DNA of 64,000 nt from assembly GCA_964481135.1 (NCBI GenBank), contig CAYZSW010000004.1, positions 20,110 to 84,109 on the forward strand, read 5' to 3'. Made by a program: the position numbers and the translations under genes. Below the pieces are notes generated by a model that was given only the letters and a program-made list of their open reading frames with translations, was not told the DNA's origin and made no database searches. The stretch comes from an uncultured Candidatus Saccharibacteria bacterium. Its GTDB lineage: Bacteria; Patescibacteriota; UBA1384; JAMDBS01; DAOVQR01. Positions 7,935 through 16,900 of the stretch are shown here, piece by piece. Each line of letters begins with the position of its first letter. Positions within the stretch are counted from its first letter, which is position 1.

Positions 7935-10343
7935 ATGAATAATCCGGAGGGAGAACAATTAGGGAGTAGTCCACCACAGATAGATCCAGAAAATAACAAT
8001 CAAAACTCAAATCAATCTGTGGATAAAAAGAAGCAATTAGGAGTATGGGCGCTAAAACGACTTTTACCAGTAACACTTGGTATTTTTTTAGTTTTAGGTA
8101 TCGCTATAGCCGCAGTACCTTCTTGGAGAAACTATTTTACCAATATTTTAAGTCAATTCGGCCCAAGAGCGGATTTTTTTAGTGATTCAACCCAAGATTA
8201 TTACAATCTCGAATGGTCTGGACTATTAAAAGAGTTAGGAATTGAAAATATAGGTTCTAGTGGAAAATGCTATTTAGATATAGAAAAAAATATTGTTTTA
8301 AGTAACCCACCTGTATTTAGACGTGACTTTTTGGTTTTTCGACATTCTAAATATACTTCGTTTTTAGGTAGAGAACTAATTCGTTCATTTTGGCAAGGAA
8401 TTTTTAATGCTAAATCATCTGGAGATAACCCAGATTTTCTTGGTACGGGACATATTGACTTGTCTAATCGCAGTTTTTATATAAAACCAGTCCAAATTAA
8501 ATCTAGTTGTCCTTTTGTTAATCATCTAAGACATACTAAATTAGAGAATGTTAGGGGAGATGGAATAGATCATGAAGCATATGATCAATGGATTGGAAAA
8601 GTCATGAAAAATATTTGGGCAGAACCAAGTATTACAACTCCCATTATTTTTAACAAAATTAATTCTAGTTTTGCAATTGATGTAAAGAAAACTAAATGTT
8701 TATTTGAAATAGAAGAGAATCGAAATCATATAGTAGAAGGTTATAGAAATAAAGGTTATGATTGCGATTTAGATTATTTATATGGAATTAATGGTAATCT
8801 GAGTTACCAATGTGTCAAAAAAGATACGGTATGTGATGAAAATGGGAATAATTGCGAACCGAGGATAATTGAATCTCAAGTTGGTTCTGTAAATGATGAT
8901 TGTGGGGCGAAGACCATAGGTAAAGGAGAAGAATTGAGGATAACTGCTAAACCCAGACCAGAATTAGTTGTAGCGCCAATTGTTGATTATAGAAATAGTG
9001 ATTATTACACATTTACTCAGCCAGTTGTTTGCCCAGAATTAAAATGGAATCCTCTACTGTATCGTAATTTAGGATGGCTTTCCTACTATCATCAAGTTTT
9101 TTCTGATGCCCCAAATAGAAACATAAAAACCTTTCAACAGCTTTCTCGTGGACAATTAAGTGTAGATGATTTATTTAAAAGAATGTATCCTGATAATCAG
9201 GATTATCGAGAATTGTTAATCAATAAAAGCGTTTATCCGATAAAACAAGCAACAGATTTTGATTATATGCCGATTTTTATCCATGCCAGAAAAATAACTG
9301 ATAATGACGCCATTAAGAGTGAATTTAAATCTTGTAATTTTAATGAATTTTTAAATCGCAATATTCATTCCGGAATAGACTCAGAAAGTTATAAAGATAA
9401 GGAAATAGATTTTGAAATAAAAGGGTCTGGCGCAGGTGGAAAGTTAGGTTACTTGCATCTTGATAAAGATAAAATCAATGATAATTTATTTGAATATACT
9501 TTTGAAGAAATAGAACAAGAAAATAATAAAGGTAAAATTAAGCTTAATAGTCGGGGGTTTGCAACGAAAGATAATGCAGTCCTAATATATAAGCCGGACG
9601 AAAATCAACCAGCGGGTAGAGTGGAAGTAGCTTTTACACTACACATGGATGAAAATGATGGATATTATGCAAAAAATGTTCAAAATCAAATAATAATAGA
9701 TGTAAATAACATTAACGCAGAAATCAAGTTAAAAGATGAAGAATCAGAAGATCAAGATAACAACAAAACATATGAAGGATTTTTTAAGATTAATCAGGGG
9801 TTTGTTAATGGCTCAACTAAAGAAGAGCCATTAAACAAAGCCACTATTGGCGAGAGTTTAAAAAGAGATTTTGAAATATGTGCGTATGAGCAGATAGATA
9901 AAGTAAATGATAAGGATTTTCCTATTTGTTTGCCAATTGTTGAAAACCAGGAAGATAAAAACAAAATTGGCGCAAAAATAATTATTTCTGATATTAATCA
10001 AAGATCTTCCAATGCTGGATCATATAAAGGAGTAACAATTATTGAAAATCTTAATTTAGATGAAGATGGTAATTTCTCATTTCAGCTAGACATTGATCGT
10101 TCAATAAGGCCTACTGTAAGAATTACAGATATAATTACTGGCAAGTATGTTGAAGTGGAGCAACCTGTAGAAGTTGATTTGTCATTAAAAGTTATTCAAG
10201 ACGATGAGAATAAAAAATCAGATTACAGTTCGTTTGAGCATTCTTTTTCAAAAATAATAGATGGTGTAAAATGGATGTATAAAACACTAATTATTAATAC
10301 AAAAGATCAAAAAGAATTAGAGGATAAGTGGTATAGTTTTTAA
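7935..10343 (+). CDS. large membrane-anchored Cys-rich extracellular hypothetical protein (802 aa)
   Basis: N-terminal TM (LPVTLGIFLVLGIAIAAVPSW), many paired Cys in the ectodomain (CDLDYLYG...CVKKDTVCDENGNNCEP...DDCGAK); no recognisable catalytic motif. Confidence 0.55.
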   Translation: MNNPEGEQLGSSPPQIDPENNNQNSNQSVDKKKQLGVWALKRLLPVTLGIFLVLGIAIAAVPSWRNYFTNILSQFGPRADFFSDSTQDYYNLEWSGLLKELGIENIGSSGKCYLDIEKNIVLSNPPVFRRDFLVFRHSKYTSFLGRELIRSFWQGIFNAKSSGDNPDFLGTGHIDLSNRSFYIKPVQIKSSCPFVNHLRHTKLENVRGDGIDHEAYDQWIGKVMKNIWAEPSITTPIIFNKINSSFAIDVKKTKCLFEIEENRNHIVEGYRNKGYDCDLDYLYGINGNLSYQCVKKDTVCDENGNNCEPRIIESQVGSVNDDCGAKTIGKGEELRITAKPRPELVVAPIVDYRNSDYYTFTQPVVCPELKWNPLLYRNLGWLSYYHQVFSDAPNRNIKTFQQLSRGQLSVDDLFKRMYPDNQDYRELLINKSVYPIKQATDFDYMPIFIHARKITDNDAIKSEFKSCNFNEFLNRNIHSGIDSESYKDKEIDFEIKGSGAGGKLGYLHLDKDKINDNLFEYTFEEIEQENNKGKIKLNSRGFATKDNAVLIYKPDENQPAGRVEVAFTLHMDENDGYYAKNVQNQIIIDVNNINAEIKLKDEESEDQDNNKTYEGFFKINQGFVNGSTKEEPLNKATIGESLKRDFEICAYEQIDKVNDKDFPICLPIVENQEDKNKIGAKIIISDINQRSSNAGSYKGVTIIENLNLDEDGNFSFQLDIDRSIRPTVRITDIITGKYVEVEQPVEVDLSLKVIQDDENKKSDYSSFEHSFSKIIDGVKWMYKTLIINTKDQKELEDKWYSF

Positions 10344-10347
10344 AATA

Positions 10348-11769
10348 TTGGAAAATATATTAATGCAACAAGACAATCAACAATTCAATAATCAAAATAA
10401 TTTAGAACAAATTAATTTTTCTAAAAATTTTTCAGATGGTCAAAGACAATATACTAATAAACCACCAAAAACCATAAATAAAAAAGTTCAATGGATTATT
10501 GTTGCAATATGCTTACTGGCGATTATTGGAATTTCTTTTTACATATATTATTCAAGATATGCTCTTGGGACATTGGTTATCAAATCTACAACACCAGAAG
10601 TTAATATTAAAGTTTTTGGACAAGAATACGAAAATATCAACGAATTAGAAATTAAGCTACCTCCGTTTCAACACAATGTCCAGATTTATAAAGAAGGATG
10701 CTTAACGCAAACCCAACTGGTAGATATTAAAGCTCTAAGAAAAAATGTGTTGGAGGTAGAGTTGTTAAAAGCAGAGCATGTTGGCAATAGTTCTAATGTT
10801 TTAAATTATTCGGGATTGGCAGCTGTTTCGGGAGATGATATTTATCTGCTAGATTATTCTCAAAATCGGGTAGTAAAAATTACTGAAGATGGCCTTACTA
10901 CTCTTGTAGAATTTGATTTTCTAGATGATATGTTCTTTACGGAAGACAATGTAAGAATTCCTAGGGGTTTTTATCGTTCAAATATTGATAGCTATTCTTG
11001 GGTTAAAAATAATCAAGCTCAAGTTGTTGGTCTAGTATTGTCTTATGAAAAAGATGAAAAAATAATCAATAAATATCTTAACCTTCAAAATGGTGAGATA
11101 CTTGATATTGGTAATAATTTAAACAGTGTTAGAATGAATGAAAATTTAACTTTTGCCTATTTTAGTGAAGATGAGGATTCTTTGGTTTTAGAAACTAAAG
11201 ATTTGAATAACAATGTTAGTAAGAATATTATTAAGACAGATGAATTAATACCTAAAATAGAATGGCTCGACAATAACCATATAATTTATATTTCTTTAGA
11301 GATTAGTGAAGATAATAAAATTTTTAATAAGATAAAAATAATTAATTTAAATACTAAGCAAATTCAAGAATTAGAATTTTCAGATGCAGAAATATCTAAT
11401 TTTGTTATTTCACCAGAGAAAGATAAAATACTAGTCATTTCATCATCAGACCAAGTCAAAAAAGCTACAGTTGTAAATCTCGCCTCAATGCAAAAGCAAG
11501 AAATAAATGATATAAAATTTCATCAGAACTTTGTTGATTTTTATGATAATAATAATTTAGCTTATATATCATCTACTACTCAAGAAAATAAAAATCAAGA
11601 TGATAAATTGGTTTTTAATATTAATAAATTTAATTTAGAAAATCACAATAATGAACAATTGTACCAAATAAAAGATTATTTTTTTGACTTTATAACAGAT
11701 TTTACAATTGGTAAAAATACTCTTTATCTAATCATGAATAACCAAATAATTAGGTTTAACAAGAAATGA
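10348..11769 (+). CDS. membrane-anchored hypothetical protein with PEGA-like beta-sandwich and possible beta-propeller repeats (473 aa)
   Basis: N/Q-rich N-terminus, single TM (WIIVAICLLAIIGISFYIYY), PEGA-like block LVIKSTTPEVNIKVFGQEY...HNVQIYKEGC, then repeated ...DIYLLDYSQNRVV.. strands. Confidence 0.5.
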   Translation: MENILMQQDNQQFNNQNNLEQINFSKNFSDGQRQYTNKPPKTINKKVQWIIVAICLLAIIGISFYIYYSRYALGTLVIKSTTPEVNIKVFGQEYENINELEIKLPPFQHNVQIYKEGCLTQTQLVDIKALRKNVLEVELLKAEHVGNSSNVLNYSGLAAVSGDDIYLLDYSQNRVVKITEDGLTTLVEFDFLDDMFFTEDNVRIPRGFYRSNIDSYSWVKNNQAQVVGLVLSYEKDEKIINKYLNLQNGEILDIGNNLNSVRMNENLTFAYFSEDEDSLVLETKDLNNNVSKNIIKTDELIPKIEWLDNNHIIYISLEISEDNKIFNKIKIINLNTKQIQELEFSDAEISNFVISPEKDKILVISSSDQVKKATVVNLASMQKQEINDIKFHQNFVDFYDNNNLAYISSTTQENKNQDDKLVFNINKFNLENHNNEQLYQIKDYFFDFITDFTIGKNTLYLIMNNQIIRFNKK

Positions 11770-13991
11770 AAAAAATACTAATTACAATATTAATGTTGTT
11801 ATCTGTCTTGACTCCTTTTGAGGTTTTAGCTTATACTCCGCCTCAATACATGTTTGATTTGGATAAAGATGACAATAAATTGCATACTCAAAAGGAATTG
11901 GAAGACGCTAGGGATCCATTTGCAAGAGAGTTTGACAAAAAAATAACTGATGCATTGGTTGTTTACCGAGATGAAAATGGGCGTCCGATCCCACTTGATC
12001 TATCATTGGAATTTATCGGAGAATTAGAAAAAAAAGGTTTTTTTCAGCAGTTTAATATTCCAAGAGCTCTGCATGTGTTAACTGGGATTAGCAATAGTAA
12101 TAAATTTTCAAATGAAATAATTACAGTTACTACGAATGCTACAGTAGAATTTTTTGATCATGCTGTAGTCCCTTCTATGCAGGTAGATAAATATAAAGAC
12201 GGAAAATATTTAAAAAAAATTGGTGAAGAGATATGGACAAGACAATTGAAAATGATTACTTATTTCCAAGATTTAGCAAATAAAAAATTAAATTGGAAAA
12301 GCAAAGGCAATTGGGATAAATTAAATTTTCTAGATGACTGGTATGAATGGCATCCAGAATTTAAAAAATATTATTGCGAAGACGAATGGACGAATTACGA
12401 ATACGATCTTTTAATGAGGTATTACAACAAGAGGCAAGAAATAAAAGCATTAAGAAGTGATTTAGTAACTAAAGCAGAGTATTTACCAGAATATTTAACT
12501 AGAACATTACTTGCGCAAGCAGCATTAAAACTAGGTACACCTCTTTTGGGTTTAGCTCGCTATTATGCGATAGATAAAGCTAGCACAGGAAATTCAGATT
12601 GGCTAACAAGTCCTATCATCGGAAAACTACAAAATCTAAAACCAGAACAAATGTTATTTAGTATAAGAAATGGATTTGATCCGTATGGCCGTCCATTAGA
12701 TCCAAATGACCTATATGTTTATAAAATCATAGGTGGCAAACAAACACTAATTTATTATGGTCGATCAACCAGTACTTTACCTGTTGTTTCAATCGATGTT
12801 GGAGGGCGAAATCTCGGTCCAATTTCACTCCCAATTGACAACACAAAACCGTTTGTGAATCCGGAAAGTATGGCGTTAGTACATAAACCACAATCTAACC
12901 CTGTTGGATTAAACAATACATCTATGTCTCCTGATAAATTATCTCAAGCATTAACTCAACAGGCAGGTAATATTTCCAACGATAAGCTTTTAACAGCTTC
13001 TGCCCAAAGTGTTATTGATAGTCCTGCTATGGTTGTTCCAGTAGAACATTCAAAACCCTTTTTTCATAAAGTAGATTTAGGAGATAAAAGTTTTTTGCTG
13101 GATCATAAAAAAATGTTTAAAAATTCAAATTTACCATTTAATCAAAGTTTAGATACAGCTGAAGATATCATTAATACAACAAAATCGATGGATAACTTTT
13201 TCAAGAATTTTTTTAAAAACGATCCAGAAATGTATAAGAAAGTTAATGATTTGTTAGCAAATGGTTTAAACAAAACATTTGTGATAAAAATGAAGACAAC
13301 TGGTAGTTGCGGGGCATATGAAATATGTTTAAACGAAAAAATTTATTCAATAAAAGATAGATTTGGTGGGCTAGGTTTGGATGGTATAAAGATTACTTTT
13401 GTTGTCAGTAAAGACGGAAAAAAAATGGTTATACACCCTTTGGTACATGAATACATGCATCGTTTAACAGGTTACGGTGAAGGGGGTGAAGGGTATATAG
13501 GGCTCTTCGATTTACCTGAAGGTTCGAATATTAGAAAACTAGCAGAGGGTTTAGTGGAATATAATTCAATTACAGTAACTCAAAAAATAACAGGTACAAA
13601 TTTTATAACAGACCTAGATAGTGATTTTGGATATTACCCTTACGAGCAAGTTTTTTGGAAAAAGATAGATGAAGTTATTCAAATAAAAACACAGCCTATC
13701 TTACACAAAAAAGGATGGTCAGTTGCACAATCGCTGGTATTAAGTAAAAACATCAGCCGTAATATATTACTTGAGTATTATATAAGAGATCCAAAAAATG
13801 TGTTATATAATTTTTTTGGACCAGACTTTTACGAATTACTAGACAGAATAGATTCTGATATGTTGAGTAATGCTCACTTTAATCCAAATGTAAAAATTCC
13901 GGAAATAGATGAAGCGGTTAAGAAATGCAGTGAAATTTTTGATAATTGGCAAAAAAATAACCCCTATTATCCTGAATATTTTAATAAATAA
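11766..13991 (+). CDS. secreted putative zinc metallopeptidase (HEXXH zincin-like), 741 aa
   Basis: Signal peptide (LLSVLTPFEVLAYTPP); canonical HEXXH in LVHEYMHRLTGYGEGGEGY; 4-nt overlap with upstream gene (operon). Confidence 0.5.
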   Translation: MKKILITILMLLSVLTPFEVLAYTPPQYMFDLDKDDNKLHTQKELEDARDPFAREFDKKITDALVVYRDENGRPIPLDLSLEFIGELEKKGFFQQFNIPRALHVLTGISNSNKFSNEIITVTTNATVEFFDHAVVPSMQVDKYKDGKYLKKIGEEIWTRQLKMITYFQDLANKKLNWKSKGNWDKLNFLDDWYEWHPEFKKYYCEDEWTNYEYDLLMRYYNKRQEIKALRSDLVTKAEYLPEYLTRTLLAQAALKLGTPLLGLARYYAIDKASTGNSDWLTSPIIGKLQNLKPEQMLFSIRNGFDPYGRPLDPNDLYVYKIIGGKQTLIYYGRSTSTLPVVSIDVGGRNLGPISLPIDNTKPFVNPESMALVHKPQSNPVGLNNTSMSPDKLSQALTQQAGNISNDKLLTASAQSVIDSPAMVVPVEHSKPFFHKVDLGDKSFLLDHKKMFKNSNLPFNQSLDTAEDIINTTKSMDNFFKNFFKNDPEMYKKVNDLLANGLNKTFVIKMKTTGSCGAYEICLNEKIYSIKDRFGGLGLDGIKITFVVSKDGKKMVIHPLVHEYMHRLTGYGEGGEGYIGLFDLPEGSNIRKLAEGLVEYNSITVTQKITGTNFITDLDSDFGYYPYEQVFWKKIDEVIQIKTQPILHKKGWSVAQSLVLSKNISRNILLEYYIRDPKNVLYNFFGPDFYELLDRIDSDMLSNAHFNPNVKIPEIDEAVKKCSEIFDNWQKNNPYYPEYFNK

Positions 13992-13998
13992 ATTTACT

Positions 13999-16900
13999 AT
14001 GAAAAAAATTTTATCAATTACATTATTTATCTTAGTATTTATAACTTTAACAGCTTTAGTTAAAGCTGATACCCCTTATCCTAATGCTCCAAGGTTTTCT
14101 TTAGAGTATGAAATCGGTCAACTTATTGAAGGTAATGAGCTAACAGAAGTTACACTATTGTGGCATACTCCAGAGAACAACAATAGAGAGCTTCCTTATG
14201 TTTTTACATATGAGATTATCAAAAAAGGTCCAGGTGGTGATGATGTTAGTTTTGTAGTAAATCCCGGCAAGATTTTTGGTAGTCAGGATTTAAATATTGG
14301 ATCTTTTAATGATCCTATGGCAGTTGTTGGAGATACATATACTTACACTTTAATAATTAGAGATACATCCAGCAGATTAGTAGGTAAATATAGTGTTAAT
14401 GTGTCAATACCTATGCCAGAACCCCTAAGTTATGTTGAAGAGGAACCCGAATTTAATAGATTTTATCTTTCGCCTTATTTAGAAGAAGAGCAATTGATTG
14501 AATTTTACAATTCAATCAATAATAAAATTCAGAACGATTCAGAAGAAGAAAATCAAGATGCTATTAAGGCAGAATTTAGTATTGAGCTTGATGGTAAAGT
14601 GGTAAATATTTTGCTGGGGGGTTTTGAATCTGCGGTAAAGAAAAATTTTTCTGAATTTCAAAAATATTTTGAATCTGTATTAAAAAGATATGAATTAGAG
14701 AATAATTATACTATGTCGGGAAACTTGAAAAAATATACTAGTGTAATACCATCTTATAATTACGATTATGATAAAAAGTCAGATAATAACTATTCAATGG
14801 ATGTATTTGTGAAACCATTTTCTTTTCAATATGGTTCTGAGAACACAAGCAAGTATTTAAATATGAAAGCAAGCTATAAATTTAAAGATCAAGACGACAT
14901 TAAGAAAGATTTTAATTTGTATTCTAATCTACAATTTAGTATTGTGCCTGGAAGTAATATCAATGACTCAATAAGATATTTGAAAAGCTCATTATATCAA
15001 AATGAGTTATGTGAAAGGAATTATTCTCTGAAACAGATAGTAAATTCCGAACAAAAAGAAATAGAAAATCAACCATATTATCTTGAATCGCAAATAAAGG
15101 TATATTCTATAGATTCTGAAAGTGGTGAAGAAAAAAAAGAATTAGCTTATTTGCCGATTAATTTTACATTGTTTGAAAATATAGTTTTTGCCCCATTTGC
15201 TAAACATTATTTAGATGAAGTATCTAGGGGTAGAGGAGAAAAAAAATATACATATAATTCTGAACAGTATTATTCATACACTCAGCCTTATTCATATTTA
15301 TTTCCAGAAGACGAAGTTTCCTTTAAACTAAAAATTACTCCAGAAATGATTTTTAGAGCAAAAGATTATGACGGAGAAATTGGACAAGAAGATTTTACAA
15401 ACAGGGTTCAGGAGATCGGTAATATTGAAAATTATAAATTTATAGTTGAATATGATAAAAATAGATTTGATTTAATGCCTCATTCAGTAATAAACTCTAT
15501 GATTCAGGCAGGAGGAGTAGCTTATTTTTATGAAGACAATCCAGATATTGGTATAGTTGAGTTGACTTTTGACGAGGATTCCTTTAATAAGGATACATTA
15601 GAAAAACATATTGAGTTTGTAGGCACTATTAAGGCTGGTAGTGCAGATAATTTATTTACAAATCAAGAGAATATTTTAGAAAAATCAAGCTTAAGGTTTA
15701 ATGTAAAAATTTTGCATTCTGAGGATAATTCTGACAATAGTAATATTATATTTGAAGATGACACTAATTATCTATTATCAAATAGAATTTTCGTTCGTTT
15801 GGCAGGACATAGTATGGAAAATATATTTATTGGTATGATGCGAGGGAATAATAAAGTAAATAGCTGGATACTTAATACTTACGACGATGGACAAAAATAT
15901 TACACGAAGGATCACCAAATCTACAAAGAGATTATTTTAGCTCCACAAAACTTATCTAGTGAATATAGTATTGGCATTAATCCAATAGATGCATACAATT
16001 TAAGTCCAGTGGCTGTTAGAAATATCAAGCCAGCTGACTTGCGTTATTCTTCTGGTATCGGAGGTTATTTATACGATATTAATTTAACCACCGAAGAATA
16101 TAAAAATCTTTTTGCAAGTGTGGGGCGAATTGATTCTGATGAAAAAAACATTTATCCTTATAATATTTACTACTATGATTTTAAGGACCAAGAAAAATCT
16201 TCGCCAATTAAAATTAATACAACTTTTTATCATCTAAATGGTAATAAAAGTAATTTTGATTTTTCTGCTAACAACGGAGAAATTTTTAATGTTACAGGTA
16301 CTTTATTTGCAAACAATGAAACATATATTGAAATTAGTGCTGAAAAAAATGGGCAACCGTCTAAGCAAACTTATAAAATTAATTATGGACTTGGTCTTTC
16401 GCTTGCATCAATCAGGTTTAATATCAATGTGTTCGGTTATCTTTTTGACTATTTATCTAAATATGCAAGCATTGAAAATATGAATTTTACTTTTAATGAG
16501 CCGGGAGAAATCAAACATGAAGAAATATCCTTATCCCCAGAAATCGATGAACAAGAAGTACAAGAATCTTTTAATAAAGATGTGAATGATTATATTGATA
16601 TAGCATTTTACGAATCAAGCGAGGAATATTATAAAGGAATTTCTAAAGAAGCAGAATATGGGAATATAGATACCCCAACATTAGAGCTACAAAAACAATT
16701 AGATGAAGGATCTTACATACAAGAAGTAAAAACATATTTATCAGATATTTATTCAGAAGATTATTTAAATAATCAAGATGATTTTAATGACTTTATGTTT
16801 TTAAAAGATGATGAAGGAAATTTCTTGCTTAATAACGAGATGATGAATTCAAAAATTGAATCTGAACAAGATAAAATTTCATTGTTAGATAATTATTCTC

